A stretch of 64,000 bases of DNA, from the IMG/VR virus record IMGVR_UViG_3300012932_000063. One strand, given 5' to 3'. The position numbers and the translations under genes are program-made. The notes under the pieces are model-generated. The model saw only the letters and a list, made by a program, of their open reading frames with translations. It made no database searches and had not been told where the DNA came from. Of this stretch, positions 40,004 to 50,420 are shown in pieces. Numbering within the stretch: position 1 is the stretch's first letter; each line of letters opens with the position of its first letter. The stretch is from a virus.

Positions 40004-40088
40004 CAATCAAGGAATGTTCCTACAAGGAACAAAAGGAATCTCCAGTCTTTAGACTGGAGAGGGTTCAAAGAAATAGGAGTTATTGAAT
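39912..40088 (+). ncRNA. omegaRNA (reRNA) of tnpB copy 2; predicted guide AGAAATAGGAGTTATTGAAT
   Basis: Overlaps tnpB 3' end; GAAT-hairpin-TCAA right end as in IS608/ISDra2. Confidence 0.75.
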
Positions 40089-40548
40089 GACAAAAACAAA
40101 TTTTGATAAAGCCATGGAATTTAAAAATTCTATAGAATCAAAAATTCATGAACATATTGAATTAGAAAGTGTAGATCCAAATGTGCATCCGGATGATTTG
40201 AAATTCAGAATCTATCATCCGTTTCATTTTAACGATGGGGATTGTTTCTCTATAGTTTTAAAACGCATAGGTAAAAAGTGGTGTATTTCTGATGAAGGTA
40301 ATCTATATTTTCACATGGGTATATTTTTTGATGACAGGCTATTAGATCAAGAACCATGTAAATCTTATATAGATAAATGCCGCACACAGTTTAATATAGA
40401 AGATAGAGACACTGAGCTTGTTTTATTTATAGAAGATAATGACTATGATACAGCTATCTATGACTACTTACAGTTTTGTCTGCGGTTTATGCACGTATAT
40501 ATATTAGCTGAACCTGAACTTTATGGACTACAAAAACTCGAGAAATAA
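40087..40548 (+). CDS. DUF1828-like protein
   Basis: HPFHFNDGDCFSIVL..WCISDEG. Confidence 0.7.
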   Translation: MTKTNFDKAMEFKNSIESKIHEHIELESVDPNVHPDDLKFRIYHPFHFNDGDCFSIVLKRIGKKWCISDEGNLYFHMGIFFDDRLLDQEPCKSYIDKCRTQFNIEDRDTELVLFIEDNDYDTAIYDYLQFCLRFMHVYILAEPELYGLQKLEK

Positions 40549-40552
40549 TAAT

Positions 40553-42356
40553 ATGGAACGTATACCAGGCTATGATGCGTGGAAATTAGCAGAACCAGAC
40601 TATATAGAACCAGCACCGCAATATTGTGAAATTTGCGATTGCAGATTATATGAAGATCGAGAATTAGAAAATGAAACATGCAAGGATTGTCATATAAAAT
40701 ATTATTGCGAAGAATGTGGTGAATATAGTGAAAATATCACACTAGTAGCGGAAACAGAAGGTTACTGCCCTGACTGCTACAATGTTGAGGAGGAAGATTT
40801 TGAAATATAAATGCAAATTCAAATTTCCAATAGAAAGAGTTAAACAAGCATTAGATCAAGAATTTAAAATTGTAGAGGATGATCGTATTAACAAAAGGCT
40901 TGTTGGCATATCATTCAAAGAAGGTGAAAATAGCAAGAAAAATCCCACAATTGTTTGGACTAGAGACATAGTTCAACCTTTATATGATAATGCTTTAGTA
41001 AACAATGAAGACGTAGTTATCATACCTTATGAAAGTCCTTCTGAGGAAGAATTCCTAAGTATAGGATTTATAAGAGAAGGCGATTTCATGGTTCTTAAGG
41101 AAGATAATAAAACCACTTGATTAATTTTTCAAAATATGATATACTCCTAACACTATATTATAATTGAAAGGAGCATATCTTTATGTATAAAGCAGTCTTT
41201 GATCTAAAGGTGAAATATAAGAACGAAGAAGTGGACAATAGAAAATTAGAGTTTTTCGTTCAAATTACGGATCCTATAGAAGACGTAGTGAAAGCAGCAC
41301 ATAGCTGGCTTTTGGAAACAAGTGAATTCAAGTCACTCGCTATTGATTTTAACATTCTTGATATTACATTAAGTCTAGTTAAATGTGGAAGAACAGACGA
41401 AGGTATTTTCTTTATACCTCAATAAATTTAATTTGCCTGAAGATACACCGTGCTATTGCGGTTATATCTTCAGGCAAAATTGGAGAATTCTATGTTTAAA
41501 ATTAAAATAATATTCTTTAAAGGCGACGACAAAGATGTGAAAGAAGACGTTATCTTTAATGGTGTAATTGATGTACCAGATATACAGGTGGGTAGGTCCA
41601 ACTGTATAGAATTTGCGTTTGATGCTCATAGAGAAAGCAAAAATTTTATTATCAAGTCGGTTACCGGTCCTGTTAATATTAAACAATCATTCTTTGAACA
41701 AGAAGGGATTAATATTACTCTTTACAGGCATGTTGACGCTTTAGAAAAGATTGTCAAAGGTTGCGGTATTAGATTAGAAATGACAAAACTTGATTCTGGT
41801 AAACATAGACAATTTCACGCTTTTACAAGAGCTGTTGATACAGAGGAATTGGAAACAATGACAAACGAACTGGATTATGAAGAAGTAGCAGATGATATTG
41901 AAGAGGAAGAATAGATTATGCTAAATCAAATACAGTTGTATCTGATATTATTAAGTATCAGATGGTTCTTTGATTTTTTTAAACCTAACGAAACTTTTGC
42001 CAATCTTGTCATAAGAAGCGAAGATCAAAGAACTCAAAAAGAAAATTTTTTAGCAGGTGCATCTGGTTTCTTCGTTTTTGTTCACTACATACTTTTGTAT
42101 TTTGTATGTGGTTGGATCCTGCCTTATGTTAATGCCGCTTTAGATAAGCTTTTGAAAGGAGAGTAAAAATATGTGTGAAGAAATAGAAAAAGAAGAAACG
42201 CATTTTGAAATATGGATTCGCGAAGAAAAAGGCGAATTACGAAAACGTGAAGATATACCTGAAGAAGAGCTGCTGCTATATTTAGATGAATATTTTGACG
42301 GTGCCGGATTTGATTATGAATACGGTGATGAGGTGGGCACTTGGGGTGTATTATAA
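40553..42356 (+). other. Six phage hypothetical genes (40553, 40782, 41183, 41492, 41918, 42171)
   Basis: Co-oriented ORFs; promoter TTGATT-17-TATACT near 41118. Confidence 0.6.
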
Positions 42357-42366
42357 GGAGAGAAAT

Positions 42367-42714
42367 ATGCCAAAAACTTACATAGGCAATAAGAATTTGG
42401 GTCGCACACAAGACGGCGGATATTATGTATCCGTGAGTAGTGACAGAGAAGAAGAAGGAAGATGGTTAGACCCAAAAGAAAGCCAAGATATTATTAACCA
42501 TAGCCCCGATGGATTTAATTGGGGCTATACTGGTAGTGGGCCTGCACAGCTAGCTCTATCTTTGTTATATGATATAACAAAAGACAAAGATTTAGCATTT
42601 CAATATTATCACGATCTTAAGTTCGACATCATAGCACGTTTGGACGATAAATGGCTATTAGAAGAAAACCAGATATTACACTGGCTGGTTAAAAAACAAA
42701 AAAGGACATATTGA
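42367..42714 (+). CDS. DUF6166-like protein
   Basis: NHSPDGFNWGYTGSGPAQLALSLL. Confidence 0.75.
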   Translation: MPKTYIGNKNLGRTQDGGYYVSVSSDREEEGRWLDPKESQDIINHSPDGFNWGYTGSGPAQLALSLLYDITKDKDLAFQYYHDLKFDIIARLDDKWLLEENQILHWLVKKQKRTY

Positions 42715-42715
42715 T

Positions 42716-42937
42716 ATGGATTTTGATATGGATGATGTAAACATATTTGATGAGGTTTATATAGAACGATATATTAATCAACCAGAACTTGTGCCTGTTA
42801 TTAGAAAAGAACATAACTGGGAACAAGGTGTATGCACACAGTGCGGGCTATCTCAAGATCCTGAAATTAAAAAGAAACCACCCAAATGTAGACCTAGGTT
42901 TATCAGGGTGTATCAAGCAAAAGAGAAAAAATTATGA
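42716..42937 (+). CDS. Hypothetical protein
   Basis: ATGA overlap with ligA. Confidence 0.55.
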   Translation: MDFDMDDVNIFDEVYIERYINQPELVPVIRKEHNWEQGVCTQCGLSQDPEIKKKPPKCRPRFIRVYQAKEKKL

Positions 42938-44961
42938 ATATCCAATCTAAAATAGGCGAATTAAGAAGTGTTATACGACATCATGAGCATGCGTATTATG
43001 TATTAGCGAAACCTGAAATCAATGATTCGCAATTTGATAGTTTAATGCGTGAGTTAGAAAATCTTGAAACACAAAGCGGATTACCTATACCTACCAGTTC
43101 ACCTACACAAAGAGTTGGTGGACAAGTAGTCTTAGGACAAAGAATCAAGCATAGAAAACCTATGCTCAGTTTAAGCAATTCTTATAATAAAGAAGAAATC
43201 AAAGATTTTAGAGACAGAACGCGAAGATTACTAGGCCATGATGATTTTGATTATATCTGTGAATTAAAAGTAGATGGTTTAGGAGTATCTCTTATCTATG
43301 AAAATGGTGTATTTACACAGGGTAGAACTAGAGGCGATGGCATATATGGTGAAGATATAACCAATAATCTTCGTACTATTAAATCTATTCCTTTGGAACT
43401 CTGGTTAGTTGAAGATGCTAAATATGATTATCTTCCTGAAGAAATGGAAGTTAGAGGCGAAGTCTATATACCTAAGTATAAATTAGAAGAAGTTAACCAG
43501 GAAAGAATAGCTGATGGTGAAGAACCTTTTGCTAATACCAGAAACGCTGCAGCCGGCTCTTTAAGATTACTGGATCCAGAAATAACAGCAAAGAGACCAC
43601 TAGACATAGCTGTTTATTCTGTAGAATATGCTACAGGATTTGAATTTACACATGGAGATACGCATCATAAATTTCTGAAAGATTTGGGTTTCAAAACACT
43701 TCCTCATTTATATAGAATGAACAATCTCATTGAAATTGAAAATCTTTACCAATTTATGACAAAACACAGAGAAGAACTACCTTTTGATGTAGACGGCATA
43801 GTTATCAAAATTAACGAAATATATCACAGAGAAAAATTAGGTAATACTTCTAAATCGCCAAGGTGGGCTACAGCGTATAAATTCAAAGCTGAGCAAGCTG
43901 AAACTATGATAAAAGACATTGAAATCCAAGTCGGAAGAACCGGTATATTAACACCGGTTGCTATATTAAACACTGTAAATATAGCAGGTGCAAACATTAA
44001 CCATGCCACGCTTCATAATGAACAGGAAATTATGTCTAAAGATATAAGAATAGGTGATACTGTTATTGTAGAACGAGCAGGTGATGTTATACCTAAGATA
44101 TTATCCGTGGTAAAATCCAAAAGAGACGGTACTCAAGGAAAGTTTAATTTTCCAGAACAATGTCCTGTTTGTACATATCCTGTATATAAAACACCAGGTG
44201 AAGTCGCTATTAGATGTTCTAATAATAACTGTGTGGCACAGTTAAAAAGAAGAATAGAACATTTTGTGTCCAGAAATGCTATGAACATAGATGGCTTAGG
44301 CCCCGCCGTAGTTGAACAACTCATAGATAATCATCTGGTCAAAGATATTGCAGATCTATATTTCTTATCCAAAAATGATTTATTAAAGTTAAACAGAATG
44401 GGCGAAAGTTTAGCATCTAAACTTATTGAAAACATAGAAATAAGCAAAAATATGCCGTCAGAAAAATTATTATTCGCTATGGGAATACCGCATATTGGCG
44501 CATCAGTTGCTGAAACTTTAATATTTCATTTCAGTTCTATAGAAAATTTAACTCGTTGTTTCAGAGAAGATTTTGAGCGTATAGAAGGTATAGGACCACA
44601 AATTGCTGACAGCCTTGTGATGTTCTTCAGATATAGAGAAGGCCTATCAATTGTTGAAAAACTAAAAGATGCAGGCTTAACGTGTCTAACTGTTAATATA
44701 TCAAATACGCCTTCAAATTTCAGCGAAGATGCGTTTTTCTCCGGCAAGAATTTTGTTTTAACGGGCACTTTATCTACTATGAAAAGAACAGAAGCCTCTC
44801 AACACATAAAATGCAGAGGTGGTAGAATTAGTTCCTCTGTATCTAAAAAGACAGATTTTGTCATCTGCGGTGAAAAAGCAGGTTCTAAACGTGACAAAGC
44901 ATTGTCTTTAGGTATTACTATTTTAACAGAACAAGAGTTTATAGAATCTTTAGGTGAGTAA
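42934..44961 (+). CDS. ligA: NAD-dependent DNA ligase
   Basis: ELKVDG adenylation motif, TRGDG, VGRTG, Zn finger, HhH, BRCT. Confidence 0.97.
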   Translation: MNIQSKIGELRSVIRHHEHAYYVLAKPEINDSQFDSLMRELENLETQSGLPIPTSSPTQRVGGQVVLGQRIKHRKPMLSLSNSYNKEEIKDFRDRTRRLLGHDDFDYICELKVDGLGVSLIYENGVFTQGRTRGDGIYGEDITNNLRTIKSIPLELWLVEDAKYDYLPEEMEVRGEVYIPKYKLEEVNQERIADGEEPFANTRNAAAGSLRLLDPEITAKRPLDIAVYSVEYATGFEFTHGDTHHKFLKDLGFKTLPHLYRMNNLIEIENLYQFMTKHREELPFDVDGIVIKINEIYHREKLGNTSKSPRWATAYKFKAEQAETMIKDIEIQVGRTGILTPVAILNTVNIAGANINHATLHNEQEIMSKDIRIGDTVIVERAGDVIPKILSVVKSKRDGTQGKFNFPEQCPVCTYPVYKTPGEVAIRCSNNNCVAQLKRRIEHFVSRNAMNIDGLGPAVVEQLIDNHLVKDIADLYFLSKNDLLKLNRMGESLASKLIENIEISKNMPSEKLLFAMGIPHIGASVAETLIFHFSSIENLTRCFREDFERIEGIGPQIADSLVMFFRYREGLSIVEKLKDAGLTCLTVNISNTPSNFSEDAFFSGKNFVLTGTLSTMKRTEASQHIKCRGGRISSSVSKKTDFVICGEKAGSKRDKALSLGITILTEQEFIESLGE

Positions 44962-44963
44962 TT

Positions 44964-45200
44964 ATGCAGCAGAGCAACAAAATTAAAGGCGTACCTCTCA
45001 ACTTTGAAGGTATCAGAAATAGTGCAATACAAGCAAAGATGGATGGTTTATCGTTTGATGAATTTTGTGAATTGATAGCAAAAGTAATTATATCTGGTCA
45101 ATCCTTCGATCAAATAAAACAGATGCTAATAAACGTTGCTATTGATACGATTTTTGATGAAGATCAAGATGATAATTTTTTTCTTGACATCTTGCCATAA
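44964..45200 (+). CDS. Hypothetical protein
   Basis: Follows ligA. Confidence 0.55.
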   Translation: MQQSNKIKGVPLNFEGIRNSAIQAKMDGLSFDEFCELIAKVIISGQSFDQIKQMLINVAIDTIFDEDQDDNFFLDILP

Positions 45201-45360
45201 ATGGTTTACAATTTAACCAGTTAGATTGGTATATTTCTCACTTAGCGCACGCGGCGGTCGCCTGGATGAAAGTTCCAAAAAACACCGCGCTCACATGAAA
45301 TTCGTTTCTTATCTACATAAAAACCTAAGTCTGATGAATTTCAGACTTAGGTTTTTATGT
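45184..45360 (+). ncRNA. Candidate small RNA: promoter, non-coding body, terminator
   Basis: TTGACA-17-TACAAT at 45184-45212; GC-rich stem-loop; 20-bp perfect inverted repeat at 45315-45360. Confidence 0.45.
45315..45360. terminator. Bidirectional terminator
   Basis: ACATAAAAACCTAAGTCTGA / TCAGACTTAGGTTTTTATGT between convergent units. Confidence 0.8.
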
Positions 45361-45365
45361 TTAAT

Positions 45366-46751
45366 TTAATTAGGTTTGCTAAACAGATCTTCTCTTTCAC
45401 GCATTTCTAGCTGCTGATCAAAATATGCTTGTGCCTTTTCTTCTGTCATAAAACCTTCTTGTTTAGCAGCAGCAACAGCATCAACCAAGGTTTGTAAATC
45501 ATCAGAACCAGCCTTCAATGCTTCTTTCTCTTTCATGTAAACTTCCGCTCTCTTAATATGTTCCTCAAATAACGCAAAGTCTAATTTAAAATTAGCAACT
45601 TCACGAGAATTATTGCGTCTCAAGATAATATTAAAATAAGTTGTTAGAACTCTATTAATAATTCTCTGAACATCTCTAATAAAATAGCCATAGTTTATCA
45701 TCTGTGTGTCTACATGACTTTCTGCTAATCCTTCATTTCTACCGAATAAAACTGGCTCCGTTTCTAAAGCCCTGATAATCTCACGGTCCATTATATCTAC
45801 ACAATCCATGACTGCACCAAGATTTGTGCGATTCATACCTGATATAAAGTCACCAACTTTTACTTCTGAACCATATATCAATAATCCGCCCGGACCTAAT
45901 TTTTCGATCTCTTTTTTAATTTCAAGTGTTAACGATTTTACCATTTCGTTAGCGTCATCATGGTGCATATTACCAAGCTGTTCTCTATCTATAGTCATCA
46001 AAAGATTCGGCCATATAATACTCGCAATAGCTTGCTTAAAAGATTGAAAAAATCCACGCACCATATTTAGATGATAAATACCAGGATCTATGATAGTTCT
46101 TCCATAAGGATTACCCGTCTCAGGGAAAAGAGGATCATAAGATATAGTTTCATCACCGGCTAAAGACTTAAAATAATCTTCCTCATCAACATTATATTGA
46201 CCTAATTCAGGAAACTCACCATCTTCGTCTCTACTATATCTAAATTCCGCAGTATATGCTGGTATGCTGCATATATTTTTAGGTTGCCCATCATCATCAA
46301 TTACAAGTTCGGTAAATGCTGCGCCATCGACAGCAAGAGAATATACTATTTCTCCAAGAAGTGTGTCAAAGTTTCTGTTCTTTTTACGCATATTATCAAA
46401 AAGAACATCAAACAAAGGATGACCTTCAGGTTCCAAAGTATAACCAGCTAAAGTAAATTTCTTTATATCATTCACAACCCTAGCTACAGCTGGATTGTTA
46501 ATAACCATAAGTCGCCTAGCTTCCTCAGCAGGCAACTTATCTATAACCTCTTTAGATAATTCCTCGTACTCTCTATAACCTGGTGAAGAAGTTGGCCTGG
46601 GTATAATCCGCCTGAAACCCATCAGATTATTAGTATCTTCAAATAGCCTGGTATTAGCACTTCCACCGATTGCTTTAACCAAAGGTGTACGAACTTTATT
46701 ACTACCAAAAAGAACTATTGATGCTGATCTTATACGTCTTAAGATGTTCAT
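45366..46751 (-). CDS. Phage portal-like protein
   Basis: About 460 aa; NPAVARVVN, LAVDGAAFTELV, PYGRTII, clip/stem pattern typical of portals. Confidence 0.6.
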   Translation of the reverse strand: MNILRRIRSASIVLFGSNKVRTPLVKAIGGSANTRLFEDTNNLMGFRRIIPRPTSSPGYREYEELSKEVIDKLPAEEARRLMVINNPAVARVVNDIKKFTLAGYTLEPEGHPLFDVLFDNMRKKNRNFDTLLGEIVYSLAVDGAAFTELVIDDDGQPKNICSIPAYTAEFRYSRDEDGEFPELGQYNVDEEDYFKSLAGDETISYDPLFPETGNPYGRTIIDPGIYHLNMVRGFFQSFKQAIASIIWPNLLMTIDREQLGNMHHDDANEMVKSLTLEIKKEIEKLGPGGLLIYGSEVKVGDFISGMNRTNLGAVMDCVDIMDREIIRALETEPVLFGRNEGLAESHVDTQMINYGYFIRDVQRIINRVLTTYFNIILRRNNSREVANFKLDFALFEEHIKRAEVYMKEKEALKAGSDDLQTLVDAVAAAKQEGFMTEEKAQAYFDQQLEMREREDLFSKPN

Positions 46752-46804
46752 ATTTTGAAATCCCAATAAAAGCATTAACTTAAATAAAAGTAACTTAAAA
46801 CTAT

Positions 46805-46895
46805 AATATAACACGTTAACAACGAAAAGTCAACAGAATTATTGAACATCACTGAAAATTAAAATCTTGACTTATTTTTCAAATTATGATATACT
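46805..46895. promoter_or_regulatory. Divergent sigma70 promoters
   Basis: Minus TTGACT-17-TATTAT (46805-46833); plus TTGACT-17-TATACT (46867-46895). Confidence 0.65.
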
Positions 46896-46935
46896 ATACT
46901 CATATAGAATCATATATTAAGAAAGGAGTAATATA

Positions 46936-49396
46936 ATGCATTATTGCGTATTAACAGAACAAAACAAACCACCTTTCAAGTCTGGATCTGACGGTCTATT
47001 AGAGTTAGAAAACGATACAAAACTAATTGGATTTGAAAATCAACCTGATATGGTATTCGCATTCAATTCTGTGAGATACTATAAAAAAACATTGTGGGCA
47101 ATTAACGAAGGTCTATTAAAAAGACACAACATTACTATAGATGACCATATAGTCGTGTTTGATAACTATAATGTTTTTAATAATTATATTAGAGGTAATT
47201 ATGTGGGCGACACCTAAACATAATATAGAAGATTGGATTAAATACTATTTTATGCGTTACAGAGGTAAACCTAAAACAGTACACGTCAATGAATTAAAAG
47301 AATCTTTTGCTTATGATTTCGCAGATAATCCTGACTTCTCAAAATCTGAGTTAGAAACTCAGCTGATGAACACTTTGCATCAACTAGCAAAATCAGAAGA
47401 AGAAAAACTTATTATACAAGATGCAAAAGTGACAGGAGATTATTTTTGGCCGGAAGAAAGACTTAATTGGAAACCAACAAGTATAAAAGAAAAGGAAAGT
47501 TTTGATGAGTAAAAATAAAAGAAATAATATTACTACTACTATGGGCATGGCTACACCTCGCAATCCTTTACCTATAAAGGAAATAGTCATAGCAGAGTTC
47601 CAGCCTAGTAATGCTAATTCGCCTAAAGAAGTTCATTTGATTATTACACCCTCAGGCATAGATGCTAACTTATTTATGAGATTTAAATCACCAGATACCC
47701 TTGGCGATCTTATAGAACAACTTAATTTCTATAGAGACAGAGTATTTCCTGGTTCTGATCCTATAAATTTAGACAGGGACTTTTATGATGAACAAAACTA
47801 AATATACTTACGAGAAAACTGATGATATAGAAGTTATAGTGGAAATTGGAGATGGTCAATATAGCAAACGCACTCTTAACAAAGTTTATGATGTTTTTGG
47901 TGTTATACCTAATTGGTTCAGTTTGGTCGTGCATAAAATGTTACCGCATGAGGAATATAAAGAATCCTGGGTAGTCTCTGAAAAAAGCACTGGTATGCTA
48001 TTGGTACACCCTGAACAAACTGGTAAAATTTTTAGAACAAGAGATGCTGCCGTGGAAATGGCATTAGAAAATATTAAAACAGCATGCCCCACGGCAGAAG
48101 CAGCAGATCTGCTTCTTAGCACTGCTCAGGAAGAACTTAGACACCAAAAACAATCATATATAGACAAGGTGCTTAATGAAGAATCCAACTGAATATTTTG
48201 AACCTCAAAAGAAAAGAAAACCTGCCGCCCAGAAAAAACTAGACAGCATAGAACACCTTAGAAAAGGTTATATGAAAGTTACGGTCGACGGCTTACCAGG
48301 TAGATGCATACCTATTATGGTAACAAGCTGTTATACTTGTGGTGAACCAGCCCCTATTATAGCGGATGGTAGATTTGTATGCAGAAAATGTGTTTTAATT
48401 TTTCCTAAATTTAAGGAGAAACATTACAAAGGAGTGAAATATGTCAGCGAAAAACAATCCTCTTGATTCTCTGGATTTAATGACAATAGAAGAAAAGCAA
48501 GATCTTTTCCACAGAGAACTTGAAACCCCTCAATTCGACGAGAATGGTGTTGACGAACTTGGCATTAAACCAGAAGAAGTTTTAGTTGATATGATGTCTG
48601 ATAAAGAAGGTGATACTTTCACAGTAAAAGAATTTGCAGATGCTTATAAGATGGCAAGATTTGAAAAATCTATTGAGATAGCTATGCAAAATCTAGTGGA
48701 TGAAGGTAGAGCGGAATATGGTACCTGTTCAGAAACAGGCGAACAAACTTTTAGGGTATTTTCTGATGAAGAACTTGAAGAAAGACAAGAAAACACCTAA
48801 AATCGCTTATACAGAAGTGATGGGTGAAAAAGAATTCATGATGTTTGATATTAATACGGGCTCCGCTGTGTTATATCGCAATGGTGAGATAGTGGCTCAA
48901 ATCACTATCTCACGTGCTGATATTCGCAAAGCTTTAGAAACCTATAATGTAAAGGAAAATTGAAATGCTAGAATTTGATTTTAAAGAAACTGGCGAGTAT
49001 TCGCTTATGATTTTTGGTGATGACGACTCAGATCATTTCCACTTTCATGGTACGCAATTTGCTGATATTATCCAAGATGAAAGATGCTTGATAACAGATC
49101 AAGACGGTACATGGCCAGCCACTATATTTGACCTGAAAGGCTCTTATGAAGAGTGTTTAAAACTATTTAATGATATTGAAACACATTTGAAATCACAAGG
49201 GTTTTCTGTGTGGTCTTTCAGTAAAGACAAGTCTGATGTTTCCAGCATGCGAATGTTGGTTAATTTCCCTGACGAAGATGTAGCATATTTAGAAGCAAAC
49301 AATCTGATGTTTTTGACGGATGACAACGAAGAAGATAATATAGCCGGGCAAAACATTGAAGATATAGTAGACGGTGAAACGCGTGAAATTGTTTGA
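46936..49396 (+). other. Eight phage hypothetical genes (46936, 47201, 47505, 47785, 48176, 48441, 48700, 48965)
   Basis: Co-oriented overlapping ORFs. Confidence 0.6.
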
Positions 49397-50219
49397 TGAT
49401 GATTTTAATAAGAGAATTACTGTCAAATCGCCTGTGCAATATTCAGGAGGCAAACATTATGCACGTCAAACTTTGTCAGATTTTATACCCATAGGTATAA
49501 ACAAACTAGTAAGTCCTTTTTTTGGTGGTGGTAGTTTAGAATTATATTTAACCAGACGAGGTATCAAAATATTAGGATTTGACGCATTTGAGCCTTTAGT
49601 TAATTTCTGGTATGTGATAACATCTAAACCAGACAAATTATACAAGGAGGTAGATCATTATCTTAAACTTTATGACAGAGAGTATTTTCAAAAAATGCAG
49701 CAGGGTGGATTTAATAAGTTAACTTGCAGTTTAGAAAGAGCTGCACTGTTTTATTTGCTACAAGGATTATCCTATAACTGCCGCGGTTTTCGCGGTAAAG
49801 CCATAAGAAATTATCAATTGGTAGATGGCAAACTTATTAATCCGTCACGCAAATCCTGGGGACAGTTATTTGACATTGAAGAAATCAAAGATTTTTATAA
49901 TCCGTTTTTCAGTGTAAAACACATGGATTTCAAAGAATCTCTCACAAGGTATAAAGATATTTACGCCTATTGTGATCCACCCTATCCAGAGGTTACAGGT
50001 ATATATGGCGATTCCAAAGAATACCATGAGAATTTTGACCATGAGGCATTGAAAGAAATATTAGATATGCGTACTGTGGAATATACACTAAGTTACAATA
50101 ACTGTAAAACAGTACGCAAATTATATCCTGAAGATAAATATAGATTATATTTCCCTGATTGGAAACAGGGTAGCCGGGCGTCCGGACGCGGCAATGAAAT
50201 CTTAATCAAACCCAAATAA
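49374..50219 (+). CDS. Dam-family (D12 class) DNA adenine methyltransferase
   Basis: YSGGK, SPFFGGGS, YCDPPY. Confidence 0.88.
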   Translation: MKRVKLFDDDFNKRITVKSPVQYSGGKHYARQTLSDFIPIGINKLVSPFFGGGSLELYLTRRGIKILGFDAFEPLVNFWYVITSKPDKLYKEVDHYLKLYDREYFQKMQQGGFNKLTCSLERAALFYLLQGLSYNCRGFRGKAIRNYQLVDGKLINPSRKSWGQLFDIEEIKDFYNPFFSVKHMDFKESLTRYKDIYAYCDPPYPEVTGIYGDSKEYHENFDHEALKEILDMRTVEYTLSYNNCKTVRKLYPEDKYRLYFPDWKQGSRASGRGNEILIKPK

Positions 50220-50420
50220 AGGCAATGCCCTTATTTGGACACTTTTAGCCATTGAGAAGCAAGAAGCTAGGCAAGCTTCGTCAGAAAACAACCTGCACTT
50301 TGTGCGTTCAAAAACGTGCATGGGCGTGAGTGGGGTGGTATCTCCAAGACGGGTAGTCAGGTAAGAATCCTGAATGAGTTTCTCAACAGTCGGGTACCCA
50401 TGCGCCCGCATTTTATTATC

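Larger units (their letters stand above)
37102..40068 (+). mobile_element. IS605/IS1341-type element without tnpA, carrying cargo; inserted 3' of TTAT
   Basis: Left end TTAT|CAAAG..AAAA-CTCCATGC TTTA GCTTGGAG; right end GGAATC-TCCAGTC TTTA GACTGGA-GAGGGT-TCAA|. Confidence 0.75.
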
